Source of the DNA: Alphaproteobacteria bacterium
GTDB lineage: Bacteria; Pseudomonadota; Alphaproteobacteria; UBA828
Direction of reading: 5' to 3'
NCBI GenBank assembly: GCA_963667705.1
Contig: OY763937.1
Span: 3,594,948 to 3,658,947, forward strand
DNA: 64,000 nt
Shown here piece by piece: positions 28,591-38,481 of the stretch; the first letter of the stretch is position 1, and each line of letters begins with the position of its first letter. The notes beneath the pieces were generated by a model, which ran no database searches, was not told the origin of the DNA, and was given only the letters and a program-made list of their open reading frames with translations. The translations under genes were made by a program, and so were the position numbers.

Positions 28591-29301
28591 ATGGAAGTCA
28601 TCTTGCTCGAGAGGATCGAGAAGCTCGGCGGGATGGGCGACGTCGTCGGGGTGAAGGACGGCTATGCCCGCAACTTCCTGCTGCCCCGCAGGAAGGCGCT
28701 CCGCGCCACGCCCGAGAACATGGAGCGCTTCGAGCGCGAGCGCGAGGGGCTGGAGAAGCTCAACAGCGACCGGCGCGACGCGGCGCACTCGGCCGCGACA
28801 CGGCTGGAGGGCGAGAGCATCATCCTGATCCGCCAGGCGAGCGACACGCTGCAGCTCTACGGCTCGGTCAACGCCCGCGACGTGGCCGAGGCGATGAGCG
28901 AGCGCGGCGCCGACATCAGGCGCCAGCAGGTGCGCCTCGACCGCCCGATCAAGTCCCTCGGCATGCACGACGTGCGCATCGCGTTGCACCCGGAGGTGAC
29001 GGTGACCGTCAAGGTCAACGTCGCCCGCTCGCCGGAGGAGGCGGAGATCCAGGCACGCGGCGGCACCATCCTGGACGAGGGCGAGGACGCCGACGAGAGC
29101 GGCGAGGCGACCGAAGGGACCGAGGCCGAGAAGACGGCGGCAGACGCCGCGAGCGCCGCCGCGCCGTGGCCGCAGCCCGAGATCGTGGATGAGGCCGAGG
29201 GCGACGCGCCCGCCGAGAGCGACGCACCGGCCGCATCGGAAGAGGCGGAGGACGAAGGCACCGCCAGCGCAGCCGCGGACGAAGGCGCCGCCCGCGACTA
29301 G
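28591..29301 (+). CDS. rplI: 50S ribosomal protein L9 with acidic C-terminal tail
   Basis: MEVILLERIEKLGGMGDVVGVKDGYARNFLLP L9 N-domain and C-domain, then about 85 aa E/D/A-rich tail. Confidence 0.9.
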   Translation: MEVILLERIEKLGGMGDVVGVKDGYARNFLLPRRKALRATPENMERFEREREGLEKLNSDRRDAAHSAATRLEGESIILIRQASDTLQLYGSVNARDVAEAMSERGADIRRQQVRLDRPIKSLGMHDVRIALHPEVTVTVKVNVARSPEEAEIQARGGTILDEGEDADESGEATEGTEAEKTAADAASAAAPWPQPEIVDEAEGDAPAESDAPAASEEAEDEGTASAAADEGAARD

Positions 29302-29325
29302 GCCCCGGACTCGAAGCTCTCAGCC

Positions 29326-30540
29326 ATGCTGGTCGCGCCCCTGCTCAGGATGCTGATGAAGCGGGGCACGCTCCGCGTGGTCGATGCGCGGGGCAAGCTC
29401 CACACCTTCGCCGGCGAGCCGGGCCCCGCCGTCACCATCCGCCTGCACGACCGCTCGCTCCACTGGAAGCTGCTGTGGAACCCGCGCCTCGCGGTGGGCG
29501 AGGCCTACATGGACGGCACGCTGACGCTGGAGGACGACGCGACGATCCGCGACTTCCTCCACCTGGTGGGCGCCAACCTCCACCTGCTCGACGAGAACAC
29601 GGTCGTCAGGGCACGCAACTGGCTCGCGCAGTGGGTGCGCCCGCTGCAGCAGCACAATCCCGTCGGCCGCGCCCAGAAGAACGTGGCCCACCACTACGAC
29701 CTCTCCGACGACCTCTACGAGCTCTTCCTCGATACGGACCGGCAGTATTCCTGCGCCTACTTCGACACCCCCAACCACACGCTGGAGCAGGCCCAGCACG
29801 CCAAGAAGCGCCACCTCGCCTCCAAGCTGCTGCTGGACGAGCCGGGCCTTTCGGTGCTCGACATCGGCTCGGGCTGGGGCGGGCTCGGCATCTACCTGCA
29901 CCAGGAGACCGGCGCCCGCGTGACCGGGCTGACGCTGTCGAAGGAGCAGCAGGCCTACGCGACCGAGCGGACGCGGAAGCTCGGCATCCAGGACCACGTC
30001 GCCTTCCACCTGCGCGACTACCGCGAGGACAGCGGCTCCTACGACCGCATCGTCTCGGTCGGCATGTTCGAGCACGTGGGCGTCAAGCACTACCCCGAGT
30101 TCTTCGGCAAGCTGGAGCGGCTGCTGAAGGAGGACGGCATCGCCCTGCTGCACACCATCGCGCGCTGGGACGGGCCGAGCGTCACCAACCCGTGGCTGCG
30201 CAAGTACATCTTCCCCGGCGGCTACTGCCCCTCCCTCTCCGAGGTGTTCGCCGCCATCGAGCAGACCGGGCTGAAATCCCTCGACGTCGAGATGCTGCGC
30301 CTCCACTACGCCGATACCCTCAAGAACTGGTCGCGCAACTTCCAGGCGAGCCGCGAGCGGGTGAAGGAGCTCTACGACGAGCGCTTCTGCCGCATGTGGG
30401 AGTTCTACCTCGCCGGCGCCGAGGCGGCCTTCCGCCACCAGGACCACATGGTGGCGCAGATCCAGCTCGCGCGGCGCCAGGACGCGGCCCCGCTGACCCG
30501 CGACTACATGGTGGACTGGGAGCGCGCCCACCCCGCCTGA
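29326..30540 (+). CDS. cfa: cyclopropane-fatty-acyl-phospholipid synthase family protein
   Basis: 404 aa; HYDLSDDLYELFLD, VLDIGSGWGGL SAM motif, YDRIVSVGMFEHVG, and C-terminal RMWEFYLAGAEAAFR signature of CFA synthases. Confidence 0.88.
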   Translation: MLVAPLLRMLMKRGTLRVVDARGKLHTFAGEPGPAVTIRLHDRSLHWKLLWNPRLAVGEAYMDGTLTLEDDATIRDFLHLVGANLHLLDENTVVRARNWLAQWVRPLQQHNPVGRAQKNVAHHYDLSDDLYELFLDTDRQYSCAYFDTPNHTLEQAQHAKKRHLASKLLLDEPGLSVLDIGSGWGGLGIYLHQETGARVTGLTLSKEQQAYATERTRKLGIQDHVAFHLRDYREDSGSYDRIVSVGMFEHVGVKHYPEFFGKLERLLKEDGIALLHTIARWDGPSVTNPWLRKYIFPGGYCPSLSEVFAAIEQTGLKSLDVEMLRLHYADTLKNWSRNFQASRERVKELYDERFCRMWEFYLAGAEAAFRHQDHMVAQIQLARRQDAAPLTRDYMVDWERAHPA

Positions 30541-30575
30541 GCGCGGCGGGCGCCGGTTCTCTCCACGCCAGTCCC

Positions 30576-30598
30576 GGCCCGCAAAGTCTTGCGGGGCC
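30576..30598 (+). terminator. hairpin downstream of cfa
   Basis: GGCCCGCAA-AGTC-TTGCGGGGCC stem-loop 36 nt after cfa stop. Confidence 0.4.
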
Positions 30599-30810
30599 AG
30601 CGGAACCCAGCCCCTTCTCCCCGCAATTCACAGCCGATGGAGAGATTTCTCCCCGCAGTTCATCTCGCATCGGTGGCTCTCGTTCCTCCCAGCAGCTCCC
30701 CAACTCAGATGACGAGGCCATTCAATAGGTTCCCGCACCTTCTCCCCACGCCATACACCCTGTGAAACACTTTCTTCTGGATTGTCGATTCGCGCGCGCG
30801 ATTGCGCGTG

Positions 30811-32340
30811 ATGTTGTCCACCGCCTGCGCGAACATGGCCCTCATGGCAGTACATGTGCCCCTCGAAGAAGCATCGTCCGAGACTCCGGGTTACCGCTCG
30901 CCGCCGCACAACCTCGAGGCCGAGCAGGCGCTGCTCGGCGCGCTGCTGGTCAATAACGAGGCCGCGAGCCTGGTCAGCAGCTTCCTGCTGGCGGAGCACT
31001 TCTTCCTGCCGGTGCACGGCCGCATATACGGCGCCGTGCTGAACATGATCGAGCGCGGCCAGATCGCCAATCCCGTCACGCTGAAGCATTACTTCGAGAA
31101 CGACGAGGCGCTGGCCGAGGCCGGCGGCGGGCAGTATCTCGCGCGCCTCGCGGGCTCCGCCGTGACCGTGATCAACGCCGAGAACTACGGCCGCGCCATC
31201 CAGGACCTGGCGCTGCGCCGTGCGCTGGTCGGCATCGGCGAGGGGGTGGTGAACGACGCCTACGACGGGCCGCTCGAGCAGCCCGCCACCGACCAGATCG
31301 AGGAGGCAGAGCACAAGCTCTACGAGCTCGCCGAGGAGGGTCGCGTCGACCCCGGCGGCCAGCAGTTCGCCGACCCGCTCGCCAGCGCCGTCGAGATCAT
31401 CCAGCACGCCTACAAGCGCGACACGCCGCTCACCGGCGCGCCCACAGGCTTCAACGACCTCGACCGCCTGCTGGGCGGGCTGCACCCCTCCGACCTGGTG
31501 ATCCTCGCCGGCCGCCCCGGCATGGGCAAGACGGCGCTCGCCACCAACATCGCCTTCAACGCCGCCTCGCGCTTCCGCGAGGGCGCTGACGGGCCGGAGG
31601 GCAAGCGGGCGGCCGACGGCGCCCGGGTCGCCTTCTTCTCCCTCGAGATGTCGGCCGAGCAGCTCGCGACCCGGATTCTCGCCGAGCGCACCGAGATCTC
31701 CTCGGACCGGCTGCGGCGCGGCGAGGTGCGCGACGTCGACTTCCGCCGCATCGTCCAGGCCAGCCAGGAGATCGAGGGGCTGCCCCTCTACATCGACGAT
31801 TCGCCCGCGCTCACCGTGGCGGGCCTGCGCGCCCGCGCCCGCCGGCTCAAGCGCCGCCACGGCATCTCGCTGATCGTGGTCGACTACCTGCAGCTCATGC
31901 GCCCGACCACGAGCATGCGCCTCAACAACCGCGTGCAGGAAGTCTCGGAGATCACGCAGGGGCTGAAGGCGCTGGCCAAGGACCTCGACCTGCCGGTGCT
32001 GGCGCTCTCGCAGCTCAGCCGCGCGGTCGAGCAGCGCGACGACAAGCGGCCACAGCTCGCCGACCTGCGCGAATCGGGCTCGATCGAGCAGGACGCGGAC
32101 GTGGTGATGTTCATCTTCCGCGAGCAGTACTACCTCGCGCGCAAGGAGCCGGAGGAGGGCACCGCGGATCACGGCGAGTGGCAGGACAGGATGGCCAAGG
32201 TCCACAACAAGGCCGAGATCATCATCGCCAAGCAGCGCCACGGCCCCACCGGCAAGGTCGACCTCTACTTCAACGACCTGCTCACCAAGTTCGACAACCT
32301 CGACACGGTCCACACCGCGCCAGAGGACGTCCCGTTCTGA
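30811..32340 (+). CDS. dnaB: replicative DNA helicase DnaB
   Basis: PHNLEAEQALLGALL N-domain; Walker A GRPGMGKTALA; Walker B IVVDYLQLM; ATG at 30811 chosen, ORF-track TTG at 30802 or later in-frame ATGs also possible. Confidence 0.9.
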   Translation: MLSTACANMALMAVHVPLEEASSETPGYRSPPHNLEAEQALLGALLVNNEAASLVSSFLLAEHFFLPVHGRIYGAVLNMIERGQIANPVTLKHYFENDEALAEAGGGQYLARLAGSAVTVINAENYGRAIQDLALRRALVGIGEGVVNDAYDGPLEQPATDQIEEAEHKLYELAEEGRVDPGGQQFADPLASAVEIIQHAYKRDTPLTGAPTGFNDLDRLLGGLHPSDLVILAGRPGMGKTALATNIAFNAASRFREGADGPEGKRAADGARVAFFSLEMSAEQLATRILAERTEISSDRLRRGEVRDVDFRRIVQASQEIEGLPLYIDDSPALTVAGLRARARRLKRRHGISLIVVDYLQLMRPTTSMRLNNRVQEVSEITQGLKALAKDLDLPVLALSQLSRAVEQRDDKRPQLADLRESGSIEQDADVVMFIFREQYYLARKEPEEGTADHGEWQDRMAKVHNKAEIIIAKQRHGPTGKVDLYFNDLLTKFDNLDTVHTAPEDVPF

Positions 32341-32528
32341 GCGCAGGCTCCGAGCGGGGCCGCGCACGTCCAAAGGGTCGTGCGCGCGGGAGAGGGTCGG
32401 GAACGCCGCCCGGGCCCGGCGCGTTTACCGTGACCTCGGTGAGACATGCGGGCTAGAGTTTCCGCCGTCTCGCGCCGATTCGGCGCCGGGACGGGCAGGC
32501 CCGGAGGCGTCAGCGACGGGAACGCTGC

Positions 32529-33308
32529 GTGAAGACCAATCCACTGCAGGGAATCGGCCACGGCGTCCTGGCCCTGTTCGGGGCCGTGGGGCGCCTCGCC
32601 CTCTTCGCGCTCGAGGCGACCTCGCACTGCGTCCGGCCGCCGCTCTACCCGCGCCTGCTGCTGCGCCAGATGGTGGAGATCGGCTTCTACTCGCTGCCGG
32701 TGGTGGGGCTCACCGGCCTCTTCGCCGGCATGGTGCTGGCGCTGCAGAGCTATACCGGGTTCTCGCGCTTCTCGGCCGAGAGCACGATCCCGACGGTCGT
32801 GGTGCTCTCGATCACGCGCGAGCTGGGGCCGGTGCTGGCGGGCCTCATGGTGGCCGGCCGCGTCGGCGCCGCCATGGCGGCCGAGATCGGCACCATGCGC
32901 GTCACCGAGCAGATCGACGCGCTGACCACGCTGTCGACCAACCCCCACAAGTACCTGATCGTGCCGCGGCTGCTCGGCGGATTCCTGATGCTGCCCTTCC
33001 TGGTGCTCGTCGCCGACATCATCGGCGTCTTCGGCGGCTATCTCGTGAGCATCTACAAGCTCGGCTTCAACCCGGAGGCCTACATCACCAACACCTTCGA
33101 GTTCCTGGAGGTGATGGACGTGGTCTCCGGCCTCGTGAAGGCGGCGGTGTTCGGCTACCTGATCGCGCTGATGGGCTGCTACCACGGCTTCCACTCGAAG
33201 GGCGGCGCGCAAGGGGTAGGCAAGGCCACCACCAACGCGGTCGTGACCGGCGCCATCCTGGTGCTGGTCTTCAACTACGTCATCACCGAGGCGTTCTTCG
33301 CCCAATGA
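32529..33308 (+). CDS. mlaE: MlaE-family ABC transporter permease
   Basis: 259 aa; five TM helices; conserved ITRELGPVLAGLMVAGRVGAAMAAEIGTMRVTEQIDAL block of MlaE/Ttg2B; GTG start. Confidence 0.85.
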   Translation: MKTNPLQGIGHGVLALFGAVGRLALFALEATSHCVRPPLYPRLLLRQMVEIGFYSLPVVGLTGLFAGMVLALQSYTGFSRFSAESTIPTVVVLSITRELGPVLAGLMVAGRVGAAMAAEIGTMRVTEQIDALTTLSTNPHKYLIVPRLLGGFLMLPFLVLVADIIGVFGGYLVSIYKLGFNPEAYITNTFEFLEVMDVVSGLVKAAVFGYLIALMGCYHGFHSKGGAQGVGKATTNAVVTGAILVLVFNYVITEAFFAQ

Positions 33309-34117
33309 ACGCGCCCGCGAGCAGCCGCGCCGGCGGCGCCAACGAGCCCAAGATCGCCCTGCGCGGCGTGTGCAAGGCGTTCGACGGCACGGTGGTGCTG
33401 GAGGGGCTCGACCTGGAGATCGGAAGCGGCGAATCGGTGGCGGTGATCGGCTGCTCGGGGGTGGGCAAGTCGGTCATGCTCAAGTGCCTGCTGGGCCTGC
33501 TGCGCCCCGATGCAGGCAGCGTGACCATCGACGGCGAGGAGCTGTCCGCCAACCGCGTCGCGCGCGAGGCCGCGATGCGCAGGATCGGCATGCTGTTCCA
33601 GAGCGCGGCCCTCTTCGACAGCCTGCCGGTGTGGGAGAACGTGGCCTTCGGGCTGATCCAGGCGCAGGGCATGGGGCGCGGCGAGGCCCGGGAGATCGCC
33701 GTCGAGACCCTCGCCCAGGTGGGCCTCGGGCCGGATGCCGCCGACCTCTACCCGGCCGCGCTCTCCGGCGGCATGCGCAAGCGCGTGGGCCTCGCGCGCG
33801 CCATCGCGACGAAGCCCGAGATCATCCTCTTCGACGAGCCCACCACCGGGCTCGACCCGATCATGGCCGACGTCATCAACGACCTGATCGTGGCCTGCGT
33901 ACGGGAGCTCGGCGCGACCGCGCTCACCATCACCCACGACATGGCGAGCGCGCGCAAGATCGCCGACCGCATCGCCATGATCCACGACGGCGCGATCATC
34001 TGGCAGGGCCCCGCGGCCGAGATCGACAGCAGCGGAAACGAGCATGTGGAGCAGTTCATCAACGGCCGGGCGGACGGTCCCATCCGGCTCGCGGTCGCCG
34101 ATGGCGCGCACGCCTGA
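33305..34117 (+). CDS. mlaF: MlaF-family ABC transporter ATP-binding protein
   Basis: 270 aa; Walker A GCSGVGKS, signature LSGGMRKRVGLARA, Walker B ILFDEPTTGLD; ATGA overlap with mlaE. Confidence 0.88.
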   Translation: MNAPASSRAGGANEPKIALRGVCKAFDGTVVLEGLDLEIGSGESVAVIGCSGVGKSVMLKCLLGLLRPDAGSVTIDGEELSANRVAREAAMRRIGMLFQSAALFDSLPVWENVAFGLIQAQGMGRGEAREIAVETLAQVGLGPDAADLYPAALSGGMRKRVGLARAIATKPEIILFDEPTTGLDPIMADVINDLIVACVRELGATALTITHDMASARKIADRIAMIHDGAIIWQGPAAEIDSSGNEHVEQFINGRADGPIRLAVADGAHA

Positions 34118-34159
34118 GCGGCGCCGCGAGACCGCGCCGCCGGGCGGCTGAGGGCGGCG

Positions 34160-35539
34160 ATGGCGCGGGCGGAGAAGCGCTACGTCTGCGACGCCTGCGG
34201 CGCATCCCGGCCCCGCTGGGCCGGCCGCTGCGACGCCTGCGGCGCCTGGAACAGCATCGCGGAAGAAGTGCCGCGCACCGCACCCCCGCGCGGGCTGGGT
34301 CAGGCCAGGGGGCGCGTGATCGAGCTCATGCCGCTGGACGGGCCGGGCGGCGTGACGGCCCGGCGACCCTGCGGGATCGGCGAGATCGACCGGGTCGTGG
34401 GCGGCGGCTTCGTGCCGGGCTCGGCGGTGCTGCTCGCGGGCGATCCCGGCATCGGCAAGTCGACCCTGCTGCTGCAGGCGGCGGCGGCGCTGGCCGCGCG
34501 CGGCGGGCGCGCCGCCTACATCTCGGGCGAGGAGGGAATCGAGCAGATCCGCATGCGCGCCGCCCGGCTCGGGCTTGCCGGCGCGCCGCTGGGGCTGGCG
34601 GCGGCCATCGACGTGCGCGACATCGCCACCACCCTGGAGGAGGAGCCGCCGCCCGACATCGTGGTGGTCGATTCGATCCAGACCATGTACCTCGACACCC
34701 TCGAGTCCGCGCCGGGGACGGTGGCCCAGGTGCGTGGCTCGGCGCAGGAGCTGATCCGGCTCGCCAAGCGCACCGGCACGGTGCTCGTGCTGGTCGGCCA
34801 CGTCACCAAGGAGGGGCAGATCGCCGGCCCCCGCGTGCTCGAGCACATGGTCGACTGCGTACTCTACTTCGAGGGCGAGCGCGGCCACCAGTTTCGCATC
34901 GTGCGCGCCATCAAGAACCGCTTCGGCCCGACCGACGAGATCGGCGTCTTCGAGATGACCGATGCGGGACTCGTGGAGATTCCCAACCCCTCGAGCCTCT
35001 TCGTCGATCCCGAGCGCGGCCCGGTGCCCGGGGCTGCGGTCTTCGCCGGCGTCGAGGGCTCGCGCCCGGTGCTGGTGGAGATCCAGGCCCTGGTGGCGCC
35101 GGGGCCGGCGGGCTCGCCGCGCCGCACCGTGGTGGGCTGGGACGCGGGCCGCCTCGCCATGGTGCTCGCGGTGCTGGAGGCCCGCGCGGGACTCCGGCTC
35201 AGCGTCTGCGACGTCTATCTCAACGTCGCAGGGGGCTTGCGCATCTCCGAGCCTGCGGCCGATCTCGCGGTGGCGGCCGCGCTCGCGTCGGCGGCCGCGG
35301 GCCGGGCGCTCGACGAGGGCGCCGTGATCTTCGGCGAGGTCGGGCTTGCCGGCGAGGTGCGGCCGGTGAGCCAGGGCACGGCGCGGCTCAAGGAGGCGGC
35401 GAAGCTCGGCTTCTCCCGGGCGCTGGCGCCGGCCACGGAGAACGCGAGCGGCGAGGCGGCCGACGGCACGGGCATCGCCGTGACCCGGCTCACCCACGTG
35501 CGCGACCTGGTGGCGCTCTTTCCCGCGCCGCCGCACTGA
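34160..35539 (+). CDS. radA: DNA repair protein RadA (Sms)
   Basis: 459 aa; N-terminal zinc ribbon CDACGASRPRWAGRCDACGAWNS; Walker A GDPGIGKST; KNRFG motif; Lon-like C-domain. Confidence 0.93.
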   Translation: MARAEKRYVCDACGASRPRWAGRCDACGAWNSIAEEVPRTAPPRGLGQARGRVIELMPLDGPGGVTARRPCGIGEIDRVVGGGFVPGSAVLLAGDPGIGKSTLLLQAAAALAARGGRAAYISGEEGIEQIRMRAARLGLAGAPLGLAAAIDVRDIATTLEEEPPPDIVVVDSIQTMYLDTLESAPGTVAQVRGSAQELIRLAKRTGTVLVLVGHVTKEGQIAGPRVLEHMVDCVLYFEGERGHQFRIVRAIKNRFGPTDEIGVFEMTDAGLVEIPNPSSLFVDPERGPVPGAAVFAGVEGSRPVLVEIQALVAPGPAGSPRRTVVGWDAGRLAMVLAVLEARAGLRLSVCDVYLNVAGGLRISEPAADLAVAAALASAAAGRALDEGAVIFGEVGLAGEVRPVSQGTARLKEAAKLGFSRALAPATENASGEAADGTGIAVTRLTHVRDLVALFPAPPH

Positions 35540-35552
35540 CGACGACGAGAGC

Positions 35553-36215
35553 ATGGAAGACCTGCCGGTCAACCTGATCGACATCCTGGTGGCGCTGATC
35601 ATCGTCGTCTCGGCGCTGCTCGCGTTCGGGCGCGGGGCGGCGCGCGAGGTGCTCGGCATCGGCGCCTGGGTCGGCGCCGGCATCGCCACCTTCTTCGCCT
35701 TCCCCCACACCCGGCCGATCGCCCGCGACCTGATCCCGGACTCCATGCTGATCGCCGATGTGGTCGCCGGGCTCGCGGTCTTCGTCGTGGTGCTGGTCGT
35801 TCTCACCATCATCAACCAGATCATCTCGGGCCGCATCCAGCGGAGCCGGGGCGGCGCGCTGGACCGCACGCTCGGCTTCATCTTCGGCATCCTGCGCGGC
35901 GCGGCGCTGGTCTGCATCGCCTACATGCTCTTCGGCTCGGTGGTGCAGCGGAGCGACTGGCCGCCCTGGGTCGACGAAGCCAGGACCTTGCCCTATATCA
36001 AGCAGGGCGTCGCCGCGCTGCGCGAGGTGGTGCCGGAAGAGGTCGCCGAGGAAGGAACCAAGCACATCGAGGAGACCTTCGAGGACGGCCGCGAGCGCAG
36101 CGTGAAGGAACTTACCGAGCCGGTGCCTGCCGAGCGGCAGGAGGACGACGGCGAAACCGGCTACAGCGACCGCGAGCGGCAGCAGCTCGACGGGCTGAGC
36201 GGGAGCGTCGAATGA
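35553..36215 (+). CDS. cvpA: CvpA-family membrane protein
   Basis: 220 aa; 4 TM helices, N-terminal NLIDILVALIIVVSALLAFGRG typical of CvpA; conserved radA-cvpA-purF order. Confidence 0.8.
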   Translation: MEDLPVNLIDILVALIIVVSALLAFGRGAAREVLGIGAWVGAGIATFFAFPHTRPIARDLIPDSMLIADVVAGLAVFVVVLVVLTIINQIISGRIQRSRGGALDRTLGFIFGILRGAALVCIAYMLFGSVVQRSDWPPWVDEARTLPYIKQGVAALREVVPEEVAEEGTKHIEETFEDGRERSVKELTEPVPAERQEDDGETGYSDRERQQLDGLSGSVE

Positions 36216-37678
36216 TGGCGGCACCCTGGACCGGAGATGCGGACGACGGCGACACGCTGCGCGAGGAGTGCGGCGTCTTCGGCATCTTCGGGCACCCGGA
36301 CGCAGCCGCCCACGCGGCGCTCGGCCTGCACGCGCTGCAGCACCGGGGCCAGGAATCCGCCGGGATCGTCAGCACCGACGGCGCGCTCTTCCATTCGCAC
36401 CGGGCGCTGGGGCGGGTGGGCGACATCTTCTCCTCGGGCGAGGTGATCGACGCCCTCGAGGGCCGGGCGGCGATCGGCCACAACCGCTACTCGACCCAGG
36501 GCGCGCCGGAAGTGCGCAACATCCAGCCGCTCTTCGCCGACCTCGCCACCGGCGGGCTCAGCATCGCCCATAACGGCAACCTCACCAACGCGCTCTCGCT
36601 CCGCGCCGACCTCGTCTCGCGCGGCTGCATCTTCCAGTCCACCTCGGACACCGAGGTGATCGTCCACCTGATCGCCATCAGCCGGCGCGCGCTCCTGGTC
36701 GAGCGCATGATCGAGGCGCTGGGACGGGTGCGCGGCGCCTACTCCCTGGTGGCGCTGACCAGTGACTCGCTGATCGGCGTGCGCGACCCCTACGGCGTGC
36801 GCCCGCTGGTGCTGGGCCAGCTCGACGGCGCCATGATCCTGGCCTCGGAGACGGTTGCCTTCGACATCATCGGCGCGCGCCACGTGCGCGATGTCGAGCC
36901 GGGCGAACTGGTCATCGTCAGCGACCGGGGGGTCGAGAGCCTCAAGCCCTTCCGGCCTGCGCCGAAGCGCTTCTGCGTCTTCGAGTACATCTATTTCGCG
37001 AGGCCCGACAGCGTGGCGGAGGGGATCGGCGTCTACGAGGCGCGCAGGCTGATCGGCGCCGAGCTCGCCCGCGAGGCGCCGGCGGAGGCGGATATCGTGG
37101 TGCCGGTGCCCGATTCCGGCGTGCCGGCGGCGATCGGCTACGCCGCGCAGGCGGACCTGCCCTTCGAGCTCGGCATCATCCGCAACCACTACGTCGGGCG
37201 CACCTTCATCGAGCCGACCGACCGGATCAGGCACTTCGGCGTCAAGCTCAAGCACAACGCCAACCGCCGCATCCTGGAGGGCAAGCGGGTCGTGCTCGTC
37301 GACGACAGCATCGTGCGCGGCACGACGTCCACCAAGATCGTCGAGATGGTGCGCTCGGCCGGCGCCGCGACGGTGCACATGCGCGTCGCCAGCCCGCCGA
37401 CCGCGCACTCCTGCTTCTACGGCGTCGACACGCCGGCGCGGGAGCAGCTCCTCGCCGCGCGTCACGATGTCGACGCCATGGCGCGCTCCATCGGCGTCGA
37501 CAGCCTCGCCTTCCTCTCCATCGACGGTCTCTACCGGGCGATGGGCCATCCCGGGCGCAACCCGGCAGAGCCCCGCTACTGCGACGCCTGCTTCTCCGGC
37601 GATTACCCCATTCAGCTCTCGGATCAACAGTCCGGCGAGCCGCCGGCGCAGCTCTCCCTCCTGGCTGAGACCGGATAG
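36212..37678 (+). CDS. purF: amidophosphoribosyltransferase
   Basis: 488 aa; N-terminal nucleophile ECGVFGIFGHP (Cys1 after propeptide), PRTase motif VVLVDDSIVRGTT, C-terminal Fe-S cysteines (CFYGVD, CDACFSGDYP). Confidence 0.95.
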   Translation: MMAAPWTGDADDGDTLREECGVFGIFGHPDAAAHAALGLHALQHRGQESAGIVSTDGALFHSHRALGRVGDIFSSGEVIDALEGRAAIGHNRYSTQGAPEVRNIQPLFADLATGGLSIAHNGNLTNALSLRADLVSRGCIFQSTSDTEVIVHLIAISRRALLVERMIEALGRVRGAYSLVALTSDSLIGVRDPYGVRPLVLGQLDGAMILASETVAFDIIGARHVRDVEPGELVIVSDRGVESLKPFRPAPKRFCVFEYIYFARPDSVAEGIGVYEARRLIGAELAREAPAEADIVVPVPDSGVPAAIGYAAQADLPFELGIIRNHYVGRTFIEPTDRIRHFGVKLKHNANRRILEGKRVVLVDDSIVRGTTSTKIVEMVRSAGAATVHMRVASPPTAHSCFYGVDTPAREQLLAARHDVDAMARSIGVDSLAFLSIDGLYRAMGHPGRNPAEPRYCDACFSGDYPIQLSDQQSGEPPAQLSLLAETG

Positions 37679-37687
37679 CAAGGCGCG

Positions 37688-38401
37688 ATGGCGCCGCGGC
37701 GTCTCGAAGGCCGGATCGCGCTCGTCACCGGCGCCTCGCGCGGCATCGGCGCCGCGGTCGCGCGCCGCTTCGCCGCCGAGGGCGCGCGGCTCGTGCTCGT
37801 CGCCCGCACCACCGGCGGGCTGGAGGAGGTCGACGACGCGGTGCAAGGCGCATCGGGCGAGACCGCGACGCTGGTGCCGATGGACCTCTGCGACGGCGAG
37901 CGCATCGACCGCCTCGGCGCCGCGCTGGCCGAGCGCTTCGGCCGCCTCGACATCCTCGTCGCCAACGCGGGCATGCTGGGGCAGCTCAGCCCGACCGGCC
38001 ACCACGGACCCGAGGACTGGGAGCGGACAATCGCCCTCAACCTCGGCGCCAACTGGCGCCTGATCCGCAGCCTCGACCCGTTGCTGCGCGCCTCGCCCTC
38101 GGGCCGGGCGATCTTCGTCACCGCCGCCGCCGCGCACGAGGCCCGGGCGTTCTGGGCTCCCTATGCGGCGAGCAAGGCGGGGCTCGAGGCGCTGGTCCGC
38201 TGCTACGCGGCGGAGGTGAGGCGCAGCCGGCTGCGGGTCAACCTGCTCGACCCCGGCCCGGTGGCGACGGAGCTCCGCCGCCGCGCCTACCCCGGCGAGG
38301 ACCAGAGCTCGCTCCCTGCGCCCGACGCGGTCACCGAGCCCTTCGTGGCGCTCGCCGAGGAATCGTGCACGGAGCACGGCGCGCGCATCGGCCCGGCCTG
38401 A
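37688..38401 (+). CDS. SDR-family oxidoreductase
   Basis: 237 aa; TGASRGIGAAVA Rossmann motif; catalytic YAASKAG; NAG motif (VANAGM). Confidence 0.85.
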   Translation: MAPRRLEGRIALVTGASRGIGAAVARRFAAEGARLVLVARTTGGLEEVDDAVQGASGETATLVPMDLCDGERIDRLGAALAERFGRLDILVANAGMLGQLSPTGHHGPEDWERTIALNLGANWRLIRSLDPLLRASPSGRAIFVTAAAAHEARAFWAPYAASKAGLEALVRCYAAEVRRSRLRVNLLDPGPVATELRRRAYPGEDQSSLPAPDAVTEPFVALAEESCTEHGARIGPA

Positions 38402-38481
38402 CCCCTCTCCGCACCCCGCACGCGCGTCTTGTGTAGGATGGCCGCGGTCGCTCAACCACGCGCAATGGAGCCTGAACGAGC

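Noticed and set aside
30320-30721. 133-aa minus ORF containing NCGEK peptide (also seen at end of ORF 30628-32373)
   Set aside because: The shared peptide is just the translation of the repeated CTCCCCGCAATT DNA motif, not a protein repeat.
33275-35917. 880-aa minus-strand ORF spanning mlaF-radA-cvpA
   Set aside because: Antisense to three well-supported genes.
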